Positions 38,700 through 51,699 of a DNA stretch of 64,000 bases are shown here, piece by piece; position 1 is the first letter of the stretch, and each line of letters begins with the position of its first letter. The notes below the pieces were generated by a model. The model worked only from the letters and a program-made list of their open reading frames with translations. It was not told the DNA's origin and did no database searches. The translations under genes were made by a program, and so were the position numbers. The DNA comes from Octopus sinensis. Its lineage: Eukaryota. The stretch covers positions 124,001 to 188,000 of the forward strand of contig NW_021832221.1 in the NCBI RefSeq assembly GCF_006345805.1, read 5' to 3'.

Positions 38700-40525
38700 T
38701 TTCTATTCTTCGCCGTCGTCCCAACATTTTACAAATTTTTCACGATATAGAGCATTTAACCTTTGTTTTAACACTTGAAACAATTCAAAAAATTAAGAAT
38801 TTCAGTGAATCCGGACTACTAGATGAATGCATCGACTGGAGGGAAAGGGCAAAAATCAAGCGATATACCGAAAGTTTCACTTTCAAGAATTCCGCAGCCT
38901 ACATTGCTAAAAATGGTCGAGAGTTGCGATTCTTTTGTATCGAGGAAGCTGAATTATAGCTAAAATACATTGAAGTTTGATATTTCCTGATTTAAATTAG
39001 GCTCAACACAATTTAAACCACTTTGGACGAGATAAATTATGTCACCGGTTTTATAGCCCACCGGGTTGGATAACCCACCATCGAAAAAACTACCAAAAAA
39101 ATATAAATATAATCTAAAAATCATCAGAAAATATAATTAACTATGATTTTCTTCTTTTTTATTAGTTTTTATATTTCTGCATGTTGCATAAATCACACAT
39201 CATTAATTTGTGCTTTACATTTTTTAAATAAATAAAATTTTATTTATTTAATGGGAGTCAATAAAAAATAAGAATTAATTCTTTAAAAAAAATCAAAATT
39301 TTAATCAAATTTTTTTTAATCTACTAAAATGAACGGTGGATACTGATTCTCCATTATCTTTATTAATAGTACACGTAGTTTCAAATTTTTCTGAAACTGT
39401 GTACTTATTTATATCCAGTTCGTCATATAATGGGTATCTCCGGTTACCAGGGTTATCATCCCTGTCGTGTTTCAGCAGCACTGTATCTCTAATTTCAATG
39501 TCTTCTGCGTCATATTTCCACTTACGACGTTTTTTCATTTTCTCTCCAGCTCCGAATCTCTTTTATCCCCCATAAAAATTTTGAAGGGCGCCCATTTGGT
39601 AGTTTCATGTGGTCTCTACCAAAATGAGTATTCATATGCTCGATCTTCAATTGTTTTGAAATAGATACCTCAATAATTTTTAACTTTAGCTCACTTTCTT
39701 CTAGAGTAAAAAAACGCAGTTTTTTATTTCCGACTTTTATATACGTTTTTTCAGGAACTTTGAAGCAAAAACGATTTTTAAGCGTCATGAGCCTTCTCCT
39801 TTTCTCTTTATCGTATATAGTAGTGGTGTCATCAAAATTTTTTATTTCATTAAGTTGGTTTGTCGTTAATTTCAAAAGAACCATATTCTAATTGAACTTT
39901 ATTGAACAACCCTACTTATTTTCACAGTTTTTAAACTTTATTAATAAAAAGTTATAGTTTTCACGCTAAAATAGTTAAAAAAAGAACAATAAATTATTAA
40001 AATAATTAAGAAAATCATTTTTTCCAATGAAATTAAATATATGAAAAATATTATTATTATAAAATATGGCAGTAGGTGGGTTATCCAACCCAGTGGGCTA
40101 TAAAACCGGTGACAAATTATATAGTTTATTGTCACTGACGATTTTCCAAAAAATACGAAAAAAGGAAATTGGAAGCACTATTAGATTTTGATGGTCAAAA
40201 TGAAGACGCGGAAATCCATTCTACTTCGCCTCGAAAAAATTTAGAGGGTGAAGAAAAACGAAAAATTGCCCTCGCAAATTTTGTTAAATCTGGCGAAAAA
40301 ATGAAAAAGCGAAGAAGATGGAAGCACGACGAAATTGAACATGGTGATGAGATTTTAATACGTCACGATGAGGACGCAAACGTGGGTAATAGAAAATATC
40401 CGCTGTACGACCAAGTTTCAACAAAAAATATAAAGTAACAAACACTGACCGAGAGATGATCACCATTCTTGATGATGAAGAAATAGAAAACACCGTTCAT
40501 ATAAGCCGCGTAAAAAAGTTGTAAT
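38700..40525 (+). mobile_element. Ginger-like integrase element (outer), split by a related nested element
   Basis: 'LRFFCIEE..HNLNHFGRDKL|YSLL' reads across the insertion. C-terminal 'GEKMKKRRRWK..RKYPLYD..VHISRVKK'. Confidence 0.7.
39040..40114 (-). mobile_element. Ginger-like TIR transposon (TGT...ACA) with 5-bp TSD, internally deleted
   Basis: About 40-bp TIRs tgtcaccggttttatagccca.. / ..tgggctataaaaccggtgaca, TSD AATTA. Integrase Zn-region 'H...HFGRD' and SH3-like C-terminus 'VHFSRLKK'. Confidence 0.9.
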
Positions 40526-40684
40526 AACTTAAATTTCCTTAATTTTTTGATTTTTATTTTTTTGAGTCTAAGAGAATGTTTTCGGAAAAATACCTCTCTA
40601 GAAAGTTAGGGTATCAAAAATACCAAGGGTATAGGGTCTAGTAGCAAGCTAAAAGATCTGCCCGTAGGGCTGTCGGTTAGTTTA

Positions 40685-40915
40685 TTATTATTATTTTTAA
40701 CCCAAGAATCACCAACAGTTAATTAGGGTAATTAAATAGGTGATTCCAACAATCCTCAAAATCTTTCTCAGCTTTTCCCGATGTTGGACTCTGGACCCAA
40801 CGCAAGTGCGGGACGGGCGGGGAGCAGTTTTTGTGAGGAATTGAATTGGGGTGATGTGCTTCTGGTTGTTAAAGTCTTTTGGCAGGTGGTCTTGTTGGAT
40901 GGCTAAGAAACCCTT
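40685..40915 (-). mobile_element. LINE 3' fragment ('GIT*' family) with 10-bp TSD
   Basis: TSD ggttagttta at 40675-40684 and 40916-40925, (TAA)n tail, near-identical to 49876-50059. Confidence 0.85.
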
Positions 40916-41049
40916 GGTTAGTTTAGTCTTATAAGTTTAATATTATAAATTTTAATTAATATTTTTAATAAATTTCGTCGCAAAAATTAGTTTGTAGAAA
41001 AGCAGTTTCATATTAAAATGCCTACAAATCAACCAAACACCCAAATATG

Positions 41050-44000
41050 GCATTTGACGAAAAAACCATCAAAAGACTCATAAACTCCTCATATGCATTC
41101 TTCAACATCATCCCTCTTGAACATTCACAATGAACAGACAAATTATTTCCCCTAATCTACATTTCACCAATCACACCAACATACCATACGACAACGCCCA
41201 CATTCCAAATCCTGCATTTGATATTCCAAACAACCTCCATCGCACAATCAAGACCAGTCGCCCCTCAATGTCCTCCATGTCATAAACTGCTGAACAGTCT
41301 GAAGAACTACAAGTCCAAGCCTTCTTTCATATTCCACCACGTTCTTGTCTCTACACAAATCAACATCTCTCATAAAGTGACACCCAGAATAAGTGACCTA
41401 TCATTTCTCACTCACAACTACTTCCGTCAACATAAATGACCGACAAGGGTCCTCAAACTTCGTTCTTCGACTAAATTAACTCACTCCCAACATTGTAAAC
41501 AAGATATACGAATTCTATCCACCACAAGTTCAATATTTCCATTCGATTTGAGTATCTTTTGTAAAAGAAGTGTATTAACTTGATATATTCTTAAAAATGC
41601 CAATCCTTCACTTTCTCTCAAACCCCGGACACCAGGAATGTCCGGAAATGACGATTTAGACAAAACAGACTGCAGGGAATTGACATATTTAAAAATAAGT
41701 TCCACTCTCCTACTTAAATAGACGTTCTGTCAAATTCTCTACACGAATTTAGCCATGGTCTCTTCCACGGAGTCGGAAAGGACTGTTGTCCCATCCAATC
41801 CTCCACTCTGGTTATTGAATAAGCAACCCCAACCATATTTTCCCAGAATTGAGCCTCCAAGACCTCTCTGAGCTTACTGAAATACTCAACGAGCATATTC
41901 TACAATAAATACAAGATATTTAAACAAACATTAAACATTCGTCGACTTCTCTCTGGCAGATACTCAGAAATATTCTAATTCATCATAATCTAAGCATATT
42001 TGCTAACAGAACGACTCACAGCCATATTTCCCTCAGTGAAAGACTCGGAAGTCAAGGAACCGTAGAAAATAGACTCTCCTTGACTGACACACTCACCTGA
42101 CCAATAACCCCATGGTTAGTCTATTGCAATACTCAATCAAATTCAGTACAGTGTCCTGCCAAAGTAGGGCAGTCCATAGACGTGAGCAAACAATGGCCAA
42201 TGAACGAAATACAAAACAACTGAGAATACGCTTATTCATATATTCCAAATAATTAGTGGCCTTCGACATGTTGGACTTTCCAGTCGATATCACTACTTGT
42301 GTAGAGTCAGAGTAGATCACAATAACCCCCAGACTACGAATTTGAATAATAAACTGGATATTCTTTGGTGGTAAATCCGAATAATCAATTTTCTAATCAA
42401 ATTAAAAATCATTCTCACACAGGCCGGCCCATATAACAAACTTAATGTTAATTTAAGCCATCTTCAACATAAAAAAACACAAATAGCTGAAAATCAGCAA
42501 AATGATTCAGTGTTTGTATAAAGTCATTAAGCCACGTGACCACCATCATTTTAAGAATTCTAGTCATATAGTAACACTCTTTACCGGAACGAAGGGGCTG
42601 TAAGAGCCGAATCGTCATTTATTGAATAAATGGAGGTCTCATCAAATCCTTCCATTTTCTCGTTGAGTGAAGATGAGACAGGGACCTCTAATTCGTTAGG
42701 CTCAACTCCTTCCAACGCTTTTATTCGATGAGACTGAATTAAAACACTACACAAATCAACTTGAAGAAGGGCTGTCACAGCAACACTTGAAATTTTCAAT
42801 TCAGCCACAATTCCGGGGTAAAAACCAGAACTATTCAGTTCAAATGACTCCACGTGGTCAAAATTAAAACTAGTCAGCCTCAAATATTTAACTACAGGTA
42901 TGTTCTCTAAAAAGGAAATGCTTCATGAAGCCACTTTTTCTCTAAAAATGGCAGGAAAACTTATAAACCTAAACAAGATTGTACTACAAGACAACAAAGC
43001 GATTTGGACAACGCGGAGATGGATTTGTTTAAAGAGCGAGAAACCTTATCCATTGAAGTCTCCGCTTTTACGGTAAAAACAAAGTCAGGAAAGTCATTTG
43101 TCGACTCATTCAAAGTCTCTGATCTTACAAAACTCAACATTCGACCACAAACCTAACCGAGGAGTAAATATTAGAGAAATTGGGCAGTTGGGGTGACTTT
43201 TCTTTATCAACGCAGTCGAAAACGAAACATTAAAAAACCTACAATCTGTTTAGTCTTTCTAAAAAACTGTAGAAAAAACGCGGAAATACGTTGAACGTGG
43301 GAGAGTTGGGTCCTGTGAGATACCCATAGGTGGAAACGGTGCCCATCTCCAGCAAAGTATTGGGAAAGGCATCCAAATCCTGGGAACTTTTTTTGATAAT
43401 TGATGAGCCGAAATTTTTCTTTTTTGGCTTTTGGCTTGTTTATTGTACAAACACAGCCAATGTTGATCATAAAGGGAAACTAGTCTCGTAGACACCCTCT
43501 ACGTCACTCCCATTCAAATCTTGTACAGATTCTGACATTTTCTCGAACATGAGAGATGTTCTTCATTTTCACACAAACTACAGATTTAAAGAAAAGTCCA
43601 ACAGTCAGCTCTCCCTCGGAACGTCTGTTTATATAAAAACGCCTTTTCATCATGACTTGAAGATCGTGCGAATGCCCATTGACTGTCGCCCATCATCCAG
43701 TTCACAAACCTAAAATGATTAAGTCAACATCACACTTAAATAATATGCCTGGGATGTTTATAGAAATCTGATGGGGACTTTCCCGCCTTTGAAATATCAC
43801 GTGGGTCAACTTGAAAACCAAAACATTTTTTTCTGATTTATTTTTACAGGCCAATTCTTTATGTTTCCATTTACGTTTATGAAAGTTGGAGCCATTCCCC
43901 AAATGCGAACTATTATTGTCAGCCAAACTATCCAACTGTAATTAACGAGGGATCTCCCAAGATCTGTCTTCAGTGACCCAACTCCTCCTCTTATCCCTTT

Positions 44001-44200
44001 TCTGAGTCATGAACTCCCCGGGAGACTCACTAATCTCTCAGGGGACTTTTTATCTGTTTTTGAAAAAATTGATTTATTTTTGGCTGTCGAAGAACGTCAT
44101 GTTTGACTAACTGTTTTTTCTGTAACCAGCCCGGATGACTCACACGGGAAACTCATCAAAGTGGAGTTAATTCGAAGAAAAGAAGACAGGATGACACGAA
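41050..44200 (-). CDS. Uncharacterised multi-exon gene (one or more)
   Basis: Series of minus-strand exon-sized ORFs with tiny GT-AG intron candidates and gene-like composition. No family recognised. Confidence 0.45.
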
Positions 44201-44249
44201 TGAGGTGACAGAAACGAAATTACATAATTTTCTAAATTTTCTTGTATAA

Positions 44250-44800
44250 AATTTCAGTTGGATCTAGAAAACTCTTTACTTAAGTTCTTTCAACAGTGAA
44301 CAAAGTTGGCTGACAATTCAGGAGTAATGAATACTTAGCCGGAGATATGTATGAATTAGTCATCTTTGATAAATTTTTCGTCATTTTCAAATTCCAACAA
44401 TTCCAAACAATCATATGCCTGTTCAATGTGAAGCGCGCACTTTCGAATTTCGTTATATCTGGTATAGGGACATTACTCAAAAATTTGGAATGTTTGAATA
44501 GCATAGGATAAAGTCACCGCTCACTAACGAACGGTTTTGAAGACTTTCTTTGGCTGTTCAAATCATCATTCGCGAATGATTCGAAAATATTTTGTAATCC
44601 GATCAGATTTTCTGAATAGTAAGAAGCGGCCTTATACCAACTCTCCCATCTTATCAAATGTACACGAAATGGGATGGCGATGTTTCTGTGTGTAAATATT
44701 CAAATAAACTCAATGAATTTTGATGTTTCTGCGAGGATCGATGAGAATTTACAAAATGCCTTTTATAATACAAGGGGTGGGCAGAAAACATTGCCGGCTG
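44250..44800 (-). mobile_element. hAT-like (DUF659-type) transposase remnant
   Basis: 'LIRWESWYKAASYYSENL' resembles TRWGTWL.AA.YY. Confidence 0.5.
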
Positions 44801-45212
44801 TTCTGAAAATGATCTGATAAAACCCTAAACAACTGTGATGACCAGGACTAACTCAGGAGCCTACCCCAAACCCACGGGAGTTGGAAAACGATGTGGCAAT
44901 GAGATTACTGTTCATAACAATATTAAGTAATTCCAGCCCACTGTATACATCAGATTGATGCTAAAGTAATGTCAAATGTTCAAGATTTTAAATTTTGCCA
45001 ACAATCTCTTGACTTTCCCAAATTCACTAAATTATGTTTACTTTATCAAACGCGTATAGAGAAATATTTATCTTTAGTTAACACTTAAACTAATCATTCT
45101 TTTATAAAATGAAAACAATTGACAAATGCAATTATAATAACCCTGATCAATAAAGCTCTTTAAACCATTTTATTGACAATCCCTAATTAAAATACAATTT
45201 AAATAGTCACAA

Positions 45213-45599
45213 TCACTTAGTAGGAACCATGTAATATACGGACCGTAGAAAAATGAATAAACTAAAAAATAAGAAAAAAACAAACTTGATCAAAAGAATT
45301 CCGCCAGTCAAATACGGCTTCTTGGTGGACATGTAACGTATGCACATCGGAGGAATGAGGACACCACTTGTTACTAGTGATTGTGACTGGAATATTTACT
45401 GAATAATGTTAAGTGTTTAGAAGGGTCAGAAAATGATTTATTGGCAGCATATACACCTGCAGTTCCACAGCCGATCCCCGTAATAAGAGACATTACACTT
45501 CCTACAAATATATAGCCGGTTTTTGCCTGCCTTGACGAAACCCATAATTCCTCCAACTGCCATTGAGATTCCATAACAGACAGAGACATAGTCGAACAT
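45213..45599 (-). CDS. TMEM14: Transmembrane protein 14 family
   Basis: Spliced 'YGISMAVGGIMGFVKAGSVMSLITG..' with hydrophobic helices. The first intron is GC-AG. Confidence 0.85.
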
Positions 45600-45895
45600 T
45601 ATTTAAATATATATTATTTTATTTAAATATAACAAATAATAATAAAATAATTTTAATTATTTAAATATTAAAATTAATAATGATGAAATAATAAAATAAG
45701 AAGCACACATATGATAAATGAGGAAAAAAAATAATTGCATATGAATTTTGCTATTTATAATAAAAGTGAAATACTTTTTTTATTTAATATATATTTAGTT
45801 AATTTTTTAATTGTTTTAAATTAAAATATATTTTAATAATAACGTGTTATCCTGCTTTAGTTGTGTTTGTTGCTTTAATTCATTCTTAAGACTAA

Positions 45896-46434
45896 ATGGT
45901 TAAATCCTACGGATATCGGCATGGAACTCGATACATGTTTTCCCGTGATTATAGAAAACACGGGCCTCTGACCATTTCAAAGTCGATGAACGTTTTCAAG
46001 ATTGGCGATCTTGTTGACATCAAAGTATTTTAGTCTCCTCTATTCTCAGGGCATTGGATCCATACAAAAGGGAATGCCCCACAAATCATATCACGGAAAA
46101 ACCGGCCGTGTTTTCAACGTCACAAAAAGAGGCATTGGGGTCATCGTGAATAAACGTGTCAAGTTGAAATTGTCAAAAATATAATTCCAGGAACCGAATT
46201 TTGGCGAAGAGAATTTGTGTGCGGACAGAGCACGTGAATCCTTCAAAGTGCCAAGAAAATTTCAAAAAGAGGGTGCGGGAGGCTGATGCTTACAGACGGT
46301 CACTCAAGAAGGGAGAGAAGCCCGAAAAGTCATTCAAAAGACAGCCTGTGGGACCAAAGGGTTCCTTTTTTGTGGACGCCTCTGAGAAGGAAATGGTCGT
46401 AATGGCACCAATTCCTTACGAATTAATTATCTAA
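45896..46434 (+). CDS. RPL21: 60S ribosomal protein L21
   Basis: '[15 protein letters not shown]', '[23 protein letters not shown]', '[10 protein letters not shown]', 'PIPYELII*'. Confidence 0.96.
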
Positions 46435-48206
46435 CTACTCTCATTTGGATTATTCTTTCTTATGATTATTATTTGATTTGTTCGAGATATAGAGATGAGG
46501 GCGGGCGTTTAAAAATCAATTTTAGGAATCTCAAATTGCATTTTACTTTTTGTACCTTTTAGCCAATTTTGGTCTCAAATTCTGTATTGTGTGATCTTTC
46601 CATGTGTCTTTTTTATCACCTTTATTGGTATATACAACATGTATTAAATTTGTACTTTTGTTTCTGCTTTCTCTTTTGAATTTTCTATGCTTATCTTCAA
46701 TTACTTTTACATTCTTAAAAAAGCGCAGGGGTTCTTCTAAACTCTATTTTGTACCAAAATCATCTTTAATATCTTGAATCAGCATTTTTATGTTAATAAG
46801 CTAAGCTGGATCTAATGCCGTTGCTGTTGTATCAAAAGACTATCAATTACCAGTCTGCACATACAATTTAATTTCCCTCATCCCTTCCGATGTGAACGGT
46901 TTTTTTAATAAACTGCTAAACAAAGATGTCTTCAAACCTGTTTGAACGTCAACTTCTTTTTTATAAAATCATTTCCCGTGTCTTAAACTAGCATTTCTAC
47001 CTAAAATAGACCTAGATTGGGAAAGCCTCGATTGTATGACCACCTTCCTTTATCAAGTCTGGAATGTTTTTTTTTAAACGCGAAATGTTCAGATATCATT
47101 GCGTCTACTTTCCTAAACTTCTCTGCAGTGACTTTAGAATATTCATGTTCAAGAACTGAAAAGAAAAAGATTAAAATATGTTTATTTTCTGTAGTTTTTC
47201 TAGTTTATTTTAAAGTAGTGGTGTCAACTATAGTAAAGAACAAGGGCATGGAAACGGATGTGTCTGAGGATACTGGCTGTGGCACAAGGAAAACTTAATT
47301 AAATTTATGATTTTCCGATAGTGCTATATAATAATAAGTGGTGTCGTCGGCACGCATGTACATTCTCTTTTTTTAGTCTTCCTCGTTTTGAGAAACAAAT
47401 CTGCTAATTAGACATCACATAAAAACTAATTTGTGGCATGAATATTTTGAGTTTTTTCGCCAAGTTCCTTGTGGTATTTTTCATAAAAATAGAAAAGAAA
47501 CTTAATATAATAAAAACATTATCAATTTACAAATAACAAATCCAAAAATCAAATCGGGGTTTAGGCGTCCGTTGGTGTGCGATAAAATCCAAATTCTTTT
47601 CAATTTATATTTGATCGAAATAGATTCGAAAGCGACATTTTTTTCAATTTTCGAATCGAATTCGTAGATTCTTGGCTAGACGGATCTGAACTCCAAAAGA
47701 CACACCTCGAGTCGAAAGACGAAGATAAGATACAAAGTCCCAACTACGGATAAACTTAAGGTTTTTTCCACGGTGGTAATCTCTTAATCCACCCAAGGAG
47801 AATAGGGTCATCAATATTAATTTTAAATGATAATTTAAGGAAGGCTTTTCCAACGCATATCAATAGCCATCTTGCGTGGGAATTGCCATTCCATCTTATC
47901 CTCTGCTGCTAATTAAATTCTAAATGATTAGTTTAAGTAATGAAATTTTTTTTATAAAAAAAAATTTAAGGGAGTAGTTGCAAGTTTTTTTGGCATGATT
48001 TACATAAAGAGCAAGGATTGTCCGTTGTTTGATTGTTTGGTTCTTCATAGACATGTTAAATAACAAAAGTTAAGAGCTCTGAAGAACTCCCAGAAGATAC
48101 TGATTTTTCTGACTGGAATCAAGATTTAAAGACAAAAGAGTAACAATTTGAAACAAAACTCAAATAGAAAATGCTTACTGGAGGTTGCTAAGAAAGGAAG
48201 TATATA

Positions 48207-48687
48207 TAGTGAATACTCCTAAATTCGCCATTTTTGGTTCCGTCATTTTTTGCGGCGAATTTCAGAATATAATCAATAATTTTTGAATGTGAGTAGAACT
48301 GTTTAATAATTCGAAAATAGCCAAAATTGACGTAATTGAAAAAATTAATTTTATTTTAACAAAGAATTAGGCTTTTTTATTAAAGTAATATTCCAGTCCC
48401 ATTTGTTGTCTCTTTATATTTTGATTTTTTCCCACTTAGTTTGGTGTTAGTCCCATTTAATATGGTGTTAATCCCATTTAGTATGGGAAATGGTATAGTA
48501 CTAAACCCACGTTGCGCCATGTTTATTTTTTGTATTTTTTATTTAAAAATTTTCAAAAATTCTGGCGAATTTCAGAATTGGCGAATTTCCATTGAAACTA
48601 GAATTTTTTTTTAAAAAAGGCGAATCTAAGAATTGGCGAATCTAAGAATTGGCGAATTTAAGAATGGCGAATTGGGGGTATTCACTG
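48207..48687. mobile_element. Non-autonomous Tc1/pogo-like MITE
   Basis: TIRs agtgaatac..aattcgcc / ggcgaatt..gtattcactg, TA flanks, tandem subterminal ggcgaat(c/t)taagaat repeats. Confidence 0.75.
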
Positions 48688-48849
48688 TAGTTGAGCTAGT
48701 CCGAGAAATAAATGCATTTGATATCTAAGAATCGATGGGTCAAATGATTAGTTGATCCAAATTAAGTCAGATTGCCGTTTTAATCATATCAACTAAATCG
48801 TAGTGCTGTCTGTTGATAAATCAATGTCTACAAATATGGCTGTCAAATT

Positions 48850-49400
48850 CTGGACATAATAGGATCTTTTAATTTTTCAATGAAGTCGATATATTTCAAA
48901 TTCAATTTCTTTGAAAAGCACGTTAAAGAAATTGTGAATTTCAACATCTGATTCAATCCCTCGACTTGTCTTTGCACCCAAGGACACCTAGGACGCTCCC
49001 TGACGTGTTTTATAGCATTAGGTTGAGCATAACTCGAACATTTTTCATTTACAAATTCCTTGGTTTTTAAAACATAAATATACTCTTTATTACAATTAAC
49101 ATCGTCGTGGCAGATTTACTCTTTAGAAATAATGTCCAACACTAAATTTTTTTACATTTTTATTACAATTTTTTATTTACAAAAGGAACCAAATTTAGAT
49201 GAGGTTACACTATTTCTCTCGGAACAACCATTGCTTTTCTTGAGGCTCTCTTAGTTTTTTTGAAATCAGTTGCCGAATTTTTCAACCGAGTTCAAACGAC
49301 TGTGGCTCCGGAAGTTTATACGAAAATTGGAGAAAAGATGATGCGGTCTGACAGATTGGAATATTTCGAGATTTTATATTCTTCAGCCTTGTAGCGACTG
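48850..49400 (-). mobile_element. Integrase catalytic-core remnant (Ginger/Gypsy-like)
   Basis: 'KEFVNE' and 'IKHVRERPRCPWVQRQVEGLNQMLK' (HPQSQGQVER.N-like). Confidence 0.6.
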
Positions 49401-49738
49401 AACCTGGACTGATTTGCGGAATAGTGCTGTAGATCAATTACATCAAAAATATACCTGATAATAGAATAGATAACTATTACTTTTTTACTGTATATTAGCG
49501 ATTTCCAACCCTGTTGCCGCGAGATTTTTAATATTTAAAATTTAATTTTTTTACTGTCCAAGAAACCAAAGTCAAAAAAAGCGAAAAAAATCATTTACGG
49601 GGAGATATACACAAGACACAGAAGTGTCTTCTTTATTTCTATCTCAATTATGGTCATGAGACACGGAGAGGGGGAGGACTGATCGTGTATAATAATATTT
49701 TAATTTAATTAAAGAAAAATTTAAAAAATTATCAGCTA

Positions 49739-50956
49739 CAGTGAGCAAAAAAGTCATTTAAGATTAATTTTTCAAAAACTATCTACAAATAACGAAAACG
49801 GAAACTGAATAACAATTAATTATAATTTGTGCCTTTGTGCCTCAGCTAATAGTGTAACCTCAGCTAAATTTGGTTCCAGAAGAACATCACCCCGATCCAA
49901 TTCCTCACAAAAACTGCTCCCCGCCCATCCCGCACTTGCGTTGGGTCCAGAGTCCAACATCGGGAAAAGCTGAGAAAGATTTTGAGGATTGTTGGAATCA
50001 CCTAATTAATTACCCTAATTAACTGTTGGTGATTCTTGGGTTAAAATAATAATAATAAAAGATATAATCAAAAGTTGTCTGTTGAGACGTCAGGAATACA
50101 GGGGCCTTCTACTCGGACCCTACTCCAGCGCATTGCCTCATTAATGGAAAGGGTTACCGGCGACCCGTGTGAGCACCGGTATTTAATCGAAAGAATATTT
50201 ATAGCCATAGTCAGAGGCAATACTCTGGCTATTTGTCAATGACGATTTTTCCTTTGATTTGAAATATATTAAAACTATACTAACTTGAGTTATTTCTACT
50301 GAAATAATTAGTTGCATTCCCTTTTGTTAATAGTACTGGTTCCAATCTTTTTTTGTAATGATAAATAAGCTTCTGACATTCAAATTAAGTAATATTTTCT
50401 CATTCTTCATAGCAAATTGTTTTCAACTCGTGAATGTTTTTTGATTTCCTTATTTAAAATTTCCAATATTCGATTGGATTGAGATCTGGTGATTGACTTG
50501 GCTATTCCAAAAGATTTAAACATGCATTCTTACAGGATTTCGCGATATTTGAGTGAATTCATGTTTCCATATATTACAAATAATTCACCGACACCTGTTG
50601 ATGAAAAACATCCCCCACAGCACGATACTTCCTCCCCGTGCTTTATGATGGGTATGGTGCATTTTGGGTTATACGCCTGATTGGATTTAAGCCACATTGA
50701 AGGCGTATATTTGGCATATTTAATTCTTGCAGAAATTTGTATTTTCTTTAATAACGGAACACAACGGGGCCTTTCTATTTCTTTTGATAGTCTCCTCACT
50801 TTTTTCCATGTAAAATTTGGTATTTTAAAATTGATAGAAAATAGGTTAAAAAGAATAAAACATTTCATTGTGTAATTTGGTAAACTAAATGGAAAAAAAT
50901 TTAAACAGGTCAAATTAAAGAAATGATAGGTGTTTCATGACTTATTTGCCCCACTG
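49739..50956 (-). mobile_element. Degenerate Tc1 element carrying nested inserts
   Basis: Imperfect TIRs cagtgagcaaaaaagtcat / atgacttatttgccccactg with TA flanks. 'IIKHG..GCFSSTGVGEL..GNMNS..Y..IL' and 'SPDLNPIE'. Confidence 0.75.
49876..50059 (+). mobile_element. LINE 3' fragment ('GIT*' family)
   Basis: Near-identical to the reverse complement of about 40685-40865. (AAT)n tail. Confidence 0.85.
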
Positions 50957-51029
50957 TATCTTATCGATTGTATAGCACTAAATTCATCGCCAAATGCATC
51001 AATTGTATGTCAATGTTGAGAGAAAAAAT

Positions 51030-51400
51030 TTTTACTTGTAATTAACAGACGCGGCAAATGTATGATTTCACCTGGAAAAACACTAAAAATTTGTATTGTA
51101 ACCGGAAAAACACTAAAAAGTTTAAACACAAAAAATTGTTCCACGTAACATATATTTCACAATTGATTTAAAATGTCCTGTAGTGGACAACTTAATTGCA
51201 TTTATAAACGGAGTCGTTCTGAAAAATAGTAGTCAAAGGCAATTATTTGCAGAAATAAGACCATTTCCAGAATCTATTGTTATAATTTTTTGCTTTTGAA
51301 GAAATTTCAACTACTTTCAATGTCAGGCTACTACGTGTTCGGTGGAGCGTTCGTTTTCAGTTTTTAATAAATTTTGTAATACTGAAAACGTCATTATATT
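51030..51400 (+). mobile_element. hAT-like (DUF659-type) transposase remnant
   Basis: Traces of 'LVTDAA..MI..GKTLK' and 'CSVERSFS'. Confidence 0.5.
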
Positions 51401-51699
51401 ATGATTCTATATAACTGCTATGTCTAAAAAACTATTGCCTAATTTTTTTGGGTTTCTTTGAATTTAAAGAAAAAGGGAAACAAAGAGAAATTTATTTTGA
51501 ACTGCCGGCGCATAAGATGGCCTGCCAGTTTCCCTAGAAGATCGCTAACGGGACTTTTTTTGCAAAAGATGATAAGTCTCGTCTTGGAATGTTTTTTCCT
51601 AACAGACGAAGAAAAGAAAGCGATTCCGGACCGAAAATTATCTTAAAACTCATTTTAGGTTCAATTTTATATGCTATTGGACCAACTTTGTTGACATCA

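Noticed and set aside
37626-40680. Reconstructing a 25-nt U2AF1 intron by joining gtgtcggggaagggct with gtcggttag at about 40672
   Set aside because: The match is only 6 bp, and no U2AF1 coding sequence follows even after removing the LINE at 40685-40915. Probably chance.
46500-47900. Possible gene or TE remnant downstream of RPL21
   Set aside because: No convincing motifs, TIRs or TSD found, so it is left unannotated.
48560-48680. Repeated ggcgaat..agaatt units resembling a CRISPR array
   Set aside because: Tandem units without unique spacers, no cas genes, eukaryotic context. These are MITE subterminal repeats.
50085-50185. GC-rich segment with stem potential, possibly a ribozyme or ncRNA
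   Set aside because: No hammerhead, HDV or tRNA core could be assigned by eye. It is more likely an unassigned TE fragment, and an Rfam search would be needed.
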